Assembly: GCF_030144855.1 (NCBI RefSeq)
Contig: NC_082716.1
Span: forward strand, 74,834,001 to 74,898,000
Direction: 5' to 3'
Length of the DNA: 64,000 nt
From: Hypanus sabinus
Taxonomy: Eukaryota
Shown one piece after another: positions 50,953 to 62,260 of this stretch; the stretch's first letter is position 1, and each line of letters begins with the position of its first letter. The notes beneath the pieces were generated by a model. It searched no databases and was not told where the DNA came from. It saw only the letters and a program-made list of their open reading frames with translations. Both the position numbers and the translations under genes were made by a program.

Positions 50953-52700
50953 AGAAAACCTACAGCGCAATACAGGCCCTTCAGCCCACTAAGTTGTGCC
51001 GAACATGTCCTTACTTGAGAAATTATCTGGGGTTATCCACAACCCTCTATTTCTCTGAGCTCCATACACCTGTTCAGGAGTCTCTTAAAAGACCTTATTG
51101 TATCTGTCTCCACCAGCCCATTCTGCGCACTCACCATTCTCTGCATTCAAAACTTACCCCTGATATCTCCTCTGTAACTACTTCCAAGCACCTTAAAACT
51201 GTGCCCTCTCGTGCTAGCCATTTCAGCCCTGGGAAACAGTCTCTGACTATCCACACAATCAATGCCTCTCATCATCTTATACACCTCTATCAGGCCACCA
51301 CTCATCCTCTGTCACTCCAAGGAGAAAAGGCCATGTTCACTCAACCTATTGTCATAAGGCATGCTCCCCAGTCCATGCAATATCCTTGTAAATCTGCTCT
51401 GCACCCTTTCTATGGTTTCCACATCCTTCCTGTAATGAGAACAGAACTGAGCACAGTACTCCAAGTGGGCTCTGACCAGGGTCCTATACAGCTGTAACAT
51501 TGCCTCTTGGCTTCTAAACTCAGTGACACAATTGATGAAGGCCAATGCACCGTTTGCTTTTTTAACGACAGAGTCAACCATCACAACAGCCTTGAGTGTC
51601 CTATGGAATCTGACCCCAAGATCCCACTGATCCTCCACACTGCCTAGAGTCTTATCATTAATACTATATTCTGCTATCATATTTGACCTACCAAAATGAA
51701 CCACCTCACATTTATCTGGGTTGAACTCCATCTGCCACTTCTCAGCCCATTTTTGCATCCAATCAATGTCCTGCTGTAATCTCTGACAGCCCTCCACACT
51801 ATCCACAACACCTCCAACCTTTGAGTCATCAGCAAATCTACTAACCCATCACTCCACTTCTTCATTCAGGTCATTTATAAAAATCACGAAGGGTAGGTGT
51901 CCCAGGACAGATGCCTGAGGCACACCACTGGTCACCAACCTCCATGCAGAATATGACTCACGTACAACCACTCTTTGCCTTCTGTGGGCAAGCCAGTTCT
52001 GGATTCACAATGCAATTTCCCTTGGATCCCATGCCTCCCTACCTTCTCAATATGCCTTGTTAAATGTCTTGCTGAAATCCACATACACTACATCTACTGC
52101 TCTACCATCATCAATGTGTTTACTCACATCCTCAAAAAATTCAATCAGGCTCGTAAGGCTCAACCTGCCCTTGACAAAGCCATACTGACTATTCCTAAAC
52201 ATATTATGCCTCTCTAAATGTTCATAAACCCTGCTTCTCAGGATCTTCGCCAACAACATACCAACCACTGAAGTAAGACTCGCTGGTCTATAATTTATTG
52301 GGCTATCCCTGCTCCCTTTCTTGAATAATGGAACAACATCTGCAACCCTCCAATCCTCCGGAACCTCTCCCATCCTCATTGATGACACAAAGATCATCGC
52401 TAGAGGCTCAGCAATCTCCTCCCTTGCCTCCCACAGTAGCCTGGGGTACATTTCGTCCAATCCCGGTGACTTATCCAACTTGATGCTTTCCAAAAGCTCC
52501 AGCACATCCTCTTTCTTAACATCTACATGCTCAAGCTTTTCAGTCCACTGTAAGTCATCCCTACAATTGCCAAGATCCTTTCCCGTATAGAATCAAGTAT
52601 TCATTAAGTACCTCTGCTATCTCCTCCGGTTCCATACACACTTGTCGACTGTCTACTTGATTGGTCCTATTCTTTCAAGTCTTATCTGCTTGTTCGTCAC
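50953..52700 (-). mobile_element. CR1 LINE 3' part (young, same subfamily as 37598-38950)
   Basis: KLDKSPGLDEMYPRLL, NYRPASLTS and YVDFSKTFNK motifs; near-identical translations to the 37.6-38.9 kb copy. Confidence 0.9.
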
Positions 52701-52849
52701 ATTTTGCTGTTATCAAGTAAAACTAATTTACGAATTTAAAATCTAGGCGGTGAATGATGGACTGCTCACTTTAAGAGGAGTTGCAGGCATTTATGCAGCA
52801 CAGAGATCTGTGATGCTATATTAAGCGTGGGCCTGAAGCAAAGGGCAAT

Positions 52850-53230
52850 GTGCGACCAGCAGTAGGCCTCCCTCCACCCAGGCATCCATCACCGTAAACG
52901 CCTGTGGCCACGGACGGGGAAAGGATACTAAATCCTGACTAAACTAGTAAATTCTCCCCCTTCATAAGGCAGACACAGCAGTTACCTCCATGTTACAAGC
53001 CCTCAGCGATGACACCGCCTCCCGTAAACACGGAGACACAGAAAAGAAACGAAAATCTCTGCCGCCGCCGCCGTCCGTTACCACAGCAACATCCGGGCTC
53101 CCCGCTCCCCCTGATGTCATCACTAACCAATCGCCTTCTCCACTCTCCGGGCTCCGTGGCTACGAGATCGTCCCAAAACAGCCCGTGCTGCAGCGCTTAA
53201 AAGATCATTGCTCTAATTAGGCGGTATTTA
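52850..53230 (-). promoter_or_regulatory. RO60: RO60 CpG-island promoter and exon 1
   Basis: Local CpG and GC enrichment, (GCC)4, CCAAT near 53128, CRE-like TGATGTCA near 53112. Confidence 0.7.
52986..52991 (-). CDS. RO60: RO60 exon 1 coding part (Met-Glu)
   Basis: Minus strand reads aacATGGAG|gtaac at the edge of the CpG island. It is in frame with exon 2, which has no in-frame ATG before Met39. Confidence 0.7.
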
Positions 53231-54429
53231 CATCAGTAAATTAATCATGCTTATTTCTCAGAGATGTAACTTGACCTGCTACGAATTTTCATTATTTTGA
53301 TTTAATATCAGATTCCCACAATCCACCGTAGTTTACTTTCATGTTTTATACCACAATTTTCTCCCCTGGCTCTGTATTTTAAAAGGACGAGAAAGTACTT
53401 ATATAGTATAATGCTTTTCACAACAGGAAGGGAAATCGTAAAGAACAGTAAGGACAGGATAAAACAGGTCAATAAAGAGAGAGGCAGTGGTGCTACTCTA
53501 TTCCACAATATTGTTTTCAGGTGATCTTGTGGAAGAAGCAGGTGCTGTCCATCCATGTGAAGCCATCAACAATTTTCAACATCCAGAAGGTATTGTATCA
53601 AAGTATGGCTCTGTCGTCAGAGTTATTTAAATTATTGGGTTATTTTATTTCTTCTGTCAAACATCTTTGTTTGGACACTGGTGCTGATTAAGGAATCTTG
53701 CTTTGTTCAAAGACAAGATTTGGTTGTGTCAAGTTTGGCTTCAGCTTCTGATGGATCTTTTGATTATCTGTCATTTACACCAGTTTTTGCAGTGTTTAAA
53801 AAGAAGGGGAAAAATACAGTTGTATTTAGTTTGTTCTAACACAGTTTAGCATAGTTACTCCCACAATGAATTAAACAGCAACTAATTTAAACATGGATAG
53901 GTTCTATAAACAGGAATGTGACAATGACTATTTAATCTGTTTTAGTGTTGTTGATGGAAAGATAAATACTAACTAGGATGCAAGGTGTAATTCTATTATT
54001 TTTTGTTTAGAAATAATGCCACAGGATTTTCTATGTCTATCGGAGAACGCAAAGATGGGGAGAGGAGTGGGCTTTATTTTAATCTCCCATTCAAAATATA
54101 GCGGATCTGATAGTTAATTCTTCCTTGGTACTGTACTGGATGTAGAGGCAACATTTTTTTTTCTTCCTGGTCCACTGTTCTCAGTCAAATATTGCTGTAA
54201 TACTGAGGGAAAATTGTTCTTACTTTTCTTGCACAATAATCTTACTTTTAATTATTCGGACTGTATTGAGGTGAGGATTCGAGTTAGCAGTAGAAAGGAG
54301 ATTGATGTTATTTTATAATAGTACTTCCAGCAAAATCTCAACATCTGACCAGACACTGATTGGGACATAGAAGTACACAATTATACTTGTGCCATCTTGA
54401 TAGTAGATTTTTTGCACTTAAGAAAAAAA

Positions 54430-56000
54430 GAGCAAATTTCAACCTGCAAGCAAATAATTGTTCAAAATCTGAACTGGAATGACTTAGCTTGGGTGATTGC
54501 TAAGAAAGGTGGACAGATATTATTACTGAAATGTTGGTAGAATTGAGCCTCCTCTCTACCCAGTAAAGTTGTTTTCTGGAACTTGATACCAACAAAATGC
54601 AACTTTATCACCACCCCTCTGTCAGCTCTTTAAAGGATCTCTTTCCTCTGCACTATCATGATCTACTCTTCCACTGTTGATCACCATCTATTCCTTTTCT
54701 CCTTGCACCTTCCCATGCAATCACAGAAAGTGCAAAAACTGCTGTTTTACCATCTCTCTTCCTGTCCTTCAATGACCCAAAAGTCCCTTTCAGCACAGCA
54801 ACCATTTCTCTGTACTTTCAGTTCAGTGTTCTACATTCAATTCTCTTCTGCTTTAAAGAAGTCAAACACAACGTGAATGCATCACTGAACTTCTCTGTTC
54901 AGTTTCAAGTCAAGTCAAGTTTATTGTCATTTAACTATATACATGTATATTATCATATAATGATATAGAAATGAGACAACACTTCTTTGAACCAGGGTGT
55001 TAAGCACTGCAGTTCATATAACACACATAACACACGATAACTTATGAAGGTAAGGATAAAATCTACAGATGAACCACGCACAAATAACAAACTAAAGTGC
55101 ATTAATATTGAAAATTCTAAGATTAACCACTGACACCTTGAATATGATACAGCAGGGAGTTCAGAAGCCAAATGGAAACTGTTCCTCATCCTGACTGTTC
55201 TTGTTTTTATGTATCATAGTCTAATGTTTGAAAGTCAAACAGGATGCTGACTGGATGGATGGAATCCTTTATAATATTAAGGGCCCTGCATATGCAGTGC
55301 TCCTGATAAATGTTCCTGATGGATAGTAGGAAGATCCCAATGATCCTCTCAGCTGTTCTCACAGTCCTTTGTAGGGACTTCTGGTCCAATGCTTGACTGC
55401 TCCCATACTAGTTGGAAATTCAAATTCTCAGCACACTCTCAATGGTGCTTCTGTAAAACACAGTTAAGATGGGGGGGGGGGGTTGCGTACCTTGTTTTCC
55501 TCCATCTTCTTCAGAAGTGGAGGCGGTGCTTAGCCTTCTTGTTCAGGGAGGTGATATTAAGGGACCAGGTGTGGTCACCTGTAATGTGAACTCCCAGGAA
55601 CTTGGTGCACTTAACTCTCTCTATGAAGAAGCCATGTATTCACAGAGAAGAACGTTCTGTCTGCACTTTCCTGAAGTCCACAATGATTTCCTTTGTCTTC
55701 TCCATGCTCAGGCTTTGGTTGGTCTTCTCACATCAATCCACCACCTGCTCCACCTCCTCTCTATACTCTGTCTTGTCATCTTTCTTGATAAGGCCAACCA
55801 CTGCTGTGGCATCTGCAGACTTCTTGTCACAGTTGCAACTGGATCCTGTGACACAGTCATGCATCAGTAATGTGAACAGCAGCGGGCTGAGCTCACAGAG
55901 TTTACAAGAATGATCCTAAGCTTCCAGTTAGCAGTTACTTTAACTGTCCATTTCAGTACTACTCAGATCTGTTTATATCTGGTCTAGTATTCCAGCAAAA
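54430..56000 (+). mobile_element. Penelope-like remnant interrupted by a Rex1-like LINE (54905-55900, minus strand)
   Basis: Penelope RT and GIY-YIG remnant sequence on both sides; the Rex1 3' tail caagtcaagtcaagtttattg is at 54906. Confidence 0.55.
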
Positions 56001-58352
56001 TTCAATGTAAGCTGGAGGTAGAGCTCCTTTTATTCTAACTTGGTGCATTATAACCTTCAAAATCTAATATTGAATGCAATGGTTAAAGATAATCAAACAT
56101 GTCAGGCATGTACCACATTTCCAGTACTAAGCAATTTTTATGTTCATGCATTTTAGGTTTTGTCGGCACCTTCCAATCTGCATCTCCTTCAGATATACAT
56201 TTCTTTCCTCCTTTCTGCTGCTGTTACTGGCGTGTATCATTCACTGTCTCTTGGAGTCTATAAAATTATCGAACATCCCTGTTGTTCTCTCTGTTTTGTC
56301 CTGCCTTCTCTGCAATTTCAAGAGTGTTTCATATCTAATTTTTTCCAGTTTTGATGCAAGGTCACTCTTCACAGATACTATTTTAATTCTTGAGCGTTTT
56401 CACCATTTTCTTTTTTTTTTCAGATTTACAATACTTTCCGTTCCATAAAGCTGCATTCTTCAGAATTTTCTCTAACTTCACTGAGATTCCATCACTATGA
56501 TGATTCTTCACCTCTCTTCTCTTCTCAGCGTTCCAAATGGATTCTTTGGTCTTCTATCTTCCAAATCCTTTTCTCAGATAACTCTCCAATCTATCCTCAA
56601 GAGCTGCAACACCTGGTCTCTTACCTTATCACTTCTCATCATCTAGGAATCTTGAAGCACCCATTCACTTGGATTTCTTTCAAGCTGGTGCATTGCATTC
56701 AGTTTTCCATCTCTGTTTTGGTCTACACTGGAGAAATGAAATGTGCCAAAATGGAAGAACCTAAAAAGGAGTGCTGAGTGAGGAGTACCAGCTAGGTATT
56801 AACAAATCGGGACACAGAATCAGGAGTGCTCTTGTGTCCAAATGGCGGAGCTGAAACTAGAGAGCCAAAGCTACAATCCCGATACAGAAGCATAGTAAAA
56901 AGATTATCCAAGTAGGAGTTCCAAAGAGGAGTGCACAAAAACGAATGCCCAGTTGAAACTGCTGAAACAAAAATGCTGAAGCAGGCAAGGCAGATAAGCA
57001 ACCATACAAGAGTGCTGGGGCAGGAGGGCCAAAACAAAGAAATCTCAAAATGGACTACCAAAGTCGTAGTATCTGAATATGTGGACCTAACTGGGTGCAT
57101 TGAAACAGCAGAACCAAATCTGGAATATGCAAACAAGGTCAAATACTCAAAAAGGATCTGCAGACTGCAATTGGGAGTTCTGAAATCAAGAGAAGCCAAA
57201 CAGGAGTGTTAAGTAAGAAGTCTCAAAAAGGAGCACATAAATAGTATAATTTAAAAAGAAATATCCAAAAAGAGGATTGTTAAAACTGGAGTATTCAAAC
57301 TGGAGCACCAAAATTGGGGTACAAATGTTGGAGTACCAAAACAGCACAGGAGCAGTGCAGTAACAAATGGGTGCTTTGTGGAACACTTTAATTTAGCTCT
57401 CTAGGAAGAGTAAAGGAGGTTAGGTATGCCTCATGGTCAATATGCTTGGTGCAACCCCCAGAATGTGCGTGTCTTCAAATCCTTTTGCTCCCTGTATCTG
57501 GAGTACTTTGTGCTGCTGTGTAGACCTTTCTGGCTGCCAAGAGAGTTCATGGCTGTTATTATCAAAGCTGTATATATTCAGCAGCAGGCTGATACTGACC
57601 TGGCTATCAAGGAATTGTACAGGACCATCTGCACGCTGGAGACTCTACACCTGGACGCTGCTTTCATTGTCACCGGAGACTTTAATCGAACATTGTTGAC
57701 TAAAGTCTCTTTGAAGTTTTGTCAACACATCCAGGTGGGCACTTAGGGAGATAGTATACTCAACCACTGCTACTCTCTCTTCAGCAATGCTTACTAAACA
57801 CTCCTCTGTCCACTGTTTGGGAAGTCTGATCATCCTCCATCCTGCTTCTGCCCATGTACAGGCAGGAGCTGAAACGAGAGGTGGCCATAGTTAAAACCAA
57901 CCACTGACCGGCCAGTTTTCATGCTGCAGGACTACTTTGATGACGTCAGCTGGAACGTCTTTCTTGATGAGAGTGCCTCTGAATTTGCGGAAGGGGTCAT
58001 GAGCTTCATCCGGAAGTGCATCGAGGATGTTGTCCCCTAAAAATCAGTCAAGGTCTATCCAAACTAGAAACCCTGGGTCAACAGTTCCATGTGTGCTGTA
58101 CTCATCATGCAAGACAGAACTTCTACTGTCGGTAACCACCAGGAACTTGAGAAATGCATCTAAGATCTACACCAAGTCATCAAGGCAGGGCAACGACAAT
58201 ACAGGGACAAGATCCAGACACAACTCTCCACCAACAACACCTTATGGCAAGATCTTCAAAGCTGAACATAGTGGTACTGCCAACGTGGCTGCTTTTCTCC
58301 CAGATGAGCTAACTCTTTCTTACACTCGATTCGATATCGCCAACACTGAACC

Positions 58353-58996
58353 TGTTGCGGAAAAGGTATTACTTGGACACGAAGGAAGATCGCTTTTGAA
58401 TGTCTTTATTATAACATGATACGTATCATGGAGAGCTCAACCTCTTAAAGCAGAGTTCTTGAGACTCTCCCCGAGTATACAGACTTTTCTCATTATATAG
58501 ACATAGTGTATGTTATCAAAAGCTTCCAAGCATGTTTGTGAAATACCGCATGCAAGCAGATAACTCCTTTGCACGTCTTAGCACAGTACAAAAAAAAATA
58601 TAATCAGGTTACTATTTTCTAAATCTATTCAAAGCTATTTCTGCCTGCAGCCTTGATGCACCATCAATAACTGTCTCTGAGACGTGAAGGTGAGATATCA
58701 GCTGTTATTGACTGGAAGAAAGAACGAGCAGTAGTTGACCACCATACTACATCCTGGAGACTGAGGGCCGGGCTCAGGCCTCAATCGCCTTTATATGTAG
58801 TTCAGTACAAGCCTTGAAGTGAGAACAATTACACAGTTCAATTAAAGAGGAAACAGAACATCACGTGATTGTGCTTTGATTACTCCTTCTCAAGCTAGTC
58901 AGTCATTTACAGCAGTCCTGCAGGAGCAGTTTAAGGCTGCTGTAAAAAAGCTCTTTAACCCCTTAGTATCTAGCTAGTAACAACATTTCTTCCACA
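58353..58996 (-). mobile_element. Solo LTR inserted in the LINE
   Basis: TG...CA ends, 5-bp TSD GAACC (58348-58352 and 58997-59001), minus-strand TATATAA near 58499-58493 and AATAAA at 58410-58405. Confidence 0.8.
58654..58809 (-). mobile_element. Second, internally deleted solo LTR nested in the first
   Basis: Minus strand TGTACTGAACTACATATAAAGGCG...GGTGCATCA; 5-bp TSD AGCCT (58649-58653 and 58810-58814). Confidence 0.8.
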
Positions 58997-60530
58997 GAAC
59001 CCCTGATGCAACCTGCACCTCAGTCTGAGGCTGAAGTATATAAATTTTTCCAAGGGGTGAACAGCTACAAGACTGCGGGACCAGACAGTATCCCAGGGAG
59101 GGCACTCAGAGTATGTGTGGCACAACTGGCATGTGTGTTTGCAGACATTTTTAATCTCTCCCTCTCCCAGTGTAGAGTGCTCTCCTGCTTCAAAGCATCC
59201 ACCATCGTCCCCGTACCTAAAAAGACCAAGGTAACATGTTTGAATTACTGACGTGCTGTCGCACTCACCTCAATAATAAGCAAATGCTTTAAGAGACTGC
59301 TCAAGGGCTACATCTGCAGTATGTTATCACCCACACTGGACCCCCTACAATTTGCCTACCTACACATCCAATCGACAGATGATGCAATAGCCACAGCTCT
59401 ACACACCCCGTCCTTACACATCTGGAGAGGAGGGATGCTTATGTGAGAATGCTGTTACTGGTCTACAGTTCAGCATTCAACACCACAATTCCCTCTATGC
59501 TTGATGAGAAGCTCGGAGACCTTAGTCTTCACCCTGCCTTCTGCAAACTGGATCTTGAACTTCCTGTCAGATCGTTGGCAGGTGGTAAGAGTGAGCTCCC
59601 TCACCTCTGCCCCTCAACACAGGAGCCCCTCAGGTCTGTGTCCTAAGCCCCTCCTTTACACTCTATACACCCATGACTGTGTCACCACCCACAGCTCCAA
59701 TCTGCTAATTAAATTTGAAGGTGATACTACATTCATTGGCCTTATTTCAAATAGTAATAAGGCAGCCTACAGAGAAGAAGTCATCACCCTGACACAGTGG
59801 TGTTGAGAGAATAACCTGTCCCTCAATGGAGCTGATTGTGGACTACAGAAGGAATGGAGATAGGCTAGCTCCTACTAACATGGATCTGGGGTTGAGAGGG
59901 TTAACAGTTTCAAGTTCCTTGGTATACACATACCTCACTTGGTCTGTACATACTGGCTGTGTGGCAAAAAAGCACGTAAGCACCTTTTTCTCCTCAGATG
60001 GTTTGAAGAAGTTTGGCATAAGTCCCCAAATCCTAATGACTTTTTACAGGGCCACAATTGAGAGCATCCTGGCTGGCTGTATCACTGCCTGGTATGGGAA
60101 CTGTACTTCCCTCAATCGCAGGACTCTGCGGAGAGTGGCGCGGACAGCGCACTGCATCTGTGGATGTGAACTTCCCACTATTCAGGACATTTACAGCGTC
60201 AGGTGCGTAAAAAGGGCATGAAGGACCATTGGGAATCCAAATAACCCCAACCACAATCTGTTTCAGCAGCCACCATCCAGAAAAAGGCACTGCAGCATTA
60301 AAGCCAGGACTGACAGGCTCTGGGCCAGCTTCTTCCACCAGGCCATCAGACTGATTAATTCATGCTGACACAACTGTATTTCTAAGCTCTACTGACTGTT
60401 CTGTATCTTACTGTACATACTATTTATTACAAATTACTATAATTTACACATTGCACATTCAGACTGAGACATAACAATGATTTTTCCTCCTCACGTATGT
60501 GAAGGGTGTAAGAAATAAAGTCAATTCAAT

Positions 60531-61175
60531 ATACAGGTGACTTTGAGTTTCTGGTTGCCTGTCATTTTAATTCTTCTTCCTACTTCAGTTCTGACCTATC
60601 TATCTGTGACCTTCTGTACTGTTCCAGTTAGATCCAATGTGACCTTCAGGAACAGCACCTCACCTTCTGTCTTGGCACATAGCAGCTGTCAGGATTCAGT
60701 ACTGAATTGAACAACTTCAAATAACCTTGTCTCCCTCATTGTATCAGAACTGTGAGGTAATCCATTTGTAATTTTTTTAGGCTATTCATAGATATTAAAT
60801 GATCTGGTAGATGTTTACATAAGAACTCAATTTTAACAAACTAACTCTCATTTCTGATACTCTATTTTTCACTATGTTTGATCTACATTTCAGAACTTTT
60901 GCTTGTCCCTTTTTTCTCTCTAGCTAATCAATCAAACTGTTTTTAAAAATAATATCTACTGCAACCTTTACCCCATCATATTATAGATATTCCCTTTGTA
61001 ATATCCACTCCTCTCCCACCTTTCTTGCAATTAGAAATTAAATTATTTTCTCATATTTCCATTCTGACAAAGGGACTTTGACTAGAAGTGTAAACTTGGT
61101 TTATTTTAATCAGAGGTGCTGCCTGACCTGAAGAGTGTATTCAATATTTTCTGATGATCCTTCGACTTCCAGCTG
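60531..61175 (+). mobile_element. Penelope-like 3' remnant (continuation of the 56450-56745 fragment)
   Basis: EQHLTFCLGT..SGFSTELNNFK remnant and a decayed tgctgcctgacctg terminus. Confidence 0.55.
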
Positions 61176-61479
61176 CCCTTCCAAAGTTGATATGAGGGCA
61201 TTTAAATAAATTATAGTGCTGAACTGTTATCAGACAGTATGCAGTGAATAGGGTTACCTTTAACTTAAAGATTTTATTTTGTAATTTTGGCTTTATTTTA
61301 TTGGCTTAGAATTTACTTTATCAGTTTGACATGGGTAATTTGATGTGGTGTTGCTACCATAAAAACTACTGCCCATTTCTCGTCACTGAAATTTTGGAAG
61401 TCTCATGCTACTCAGTTCAACAACCTTTCTTGCCTTTTACAATGATCTTGTAATTGATAAATGTTGTTTTGTCCAGCTA

Positions 61480-62260
61480 GGTGGCTCACAACTGCGTGCG
61501 GGAGATTTAACCTGGAGTTCCATAAGTACAGTACTCCGATGGTACAAGCCATGCTGCCAAGCTTCCAGTCCAACTCCTCAGGCGCCCCCTCCAGTCCAGC
61601 TGCCCGGCGGTTGCCCTGGAAACCTGGCGCGCATGTGCAGCAGAGCCTAGCTGTGCGGCCTGCTGGGAAGGCTGTCCGGCTTTCGAAGAGTTTGCGTCCT
61701 TCTCCAGGCCTGGGTCGCGGATGGACGCGGACGGGCACGCTGGAGAGATGGCAGGGAGCGCCGGCGAGTGGTGTCTGATGGAGAGCGATCCCGGGGTTTT
61801 TACGGAGCTGATCAAAGGCTTCGGTACGTCAGGGACCGTTCCTCCGCGTGTCTCGAGTAGGAAGGATGGATGGGGGTGGCCGGGAGTCACGCCGTCGCTT
61901 GGGGCCTGCGCGCTGGGTATCGGAGCTCGGGGCGGGCAACTTAATTGCAAGCTGTCAAAGCAAGGGACGAAGGACAGTATTAGGTTCAGCGACAGCAGGG
62001 GAGTCCTGTTATATATCTTTTGGTTGCAGTTTGACCACTCTTCGTCACAAGCGTTGCTAACATTTGAAACAGACCGTTAAAGGCCTAATACCTGCTCGAG
62101 GAACTTAGCGGGTCGAACAGCAGACTTTTCGGGGATCAGGGGTCGGAATGATCGACGCTTCGACCCCTTATGCAGGGTCTCGGCGCATAACCACCGACAA
62201 TTCTGTTCCCTTTGCAGATAACTGCTCGACTCGTTGAGCTCCTCCAGCAGTTCGTTTTGT
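61480..62260 (+). promoter_or_regulatory. UCHL5: UCHL5 CpG-island promoter
   Basis: CpG-rich block around the start codon, with an NRF1-like GCGCATGTGC near 61629. Confidence 0.7.
61748..61823 (+). CDS. UCHL5: UCHL5 (UCH37 deubiquitinase) exon 1
   Basis: MAGSAGEWCLMESDPGVFTELIKGF-G, the diagnostic UCH37 N-terminus; donor GTACGT at 61824. Confidence 0.96.

Larger units (their letters stand above)
18148..52991 (-). other. RO60: RO60 (TROVE2, 60 kDa SS-A/Ro Y-RNA-binding protein) gene, coding span, 554 aa
   Basis: Nine phase-consistent exons (6+619+221+147+138+120+114+147+153 = 1665 nt) encode a TROVE domain and a vWA domain with MIDAS DVSSS, ending ...[18 protein letters not shown]. Confidence 0.96.
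57400..60530 (+). mobile_element. Rex1/Babar LINE (EN+RT), frameshifted
   Basis: FIVTGDFN, TAGPDSIPG, YSSAFNT, LYTLYTHDC and CITAWYGNC motifs; aataaagtcaattcaat tail. Same family as 29068-31420. Confidence 0.9.

Noticed and set aside
57286-57341. CRISPR-like repeat array
   Set aside because: The units are adjacent and degenerate, with no unique spacers and no cas genes, in a eukaryotic context.
61405-62080. Multiple overlapping 80-147 aa ORFs
   Set aside because: Expected stop-codon depletion in a GC-rich island; only the UCHL5 exon 1 frame has homology.
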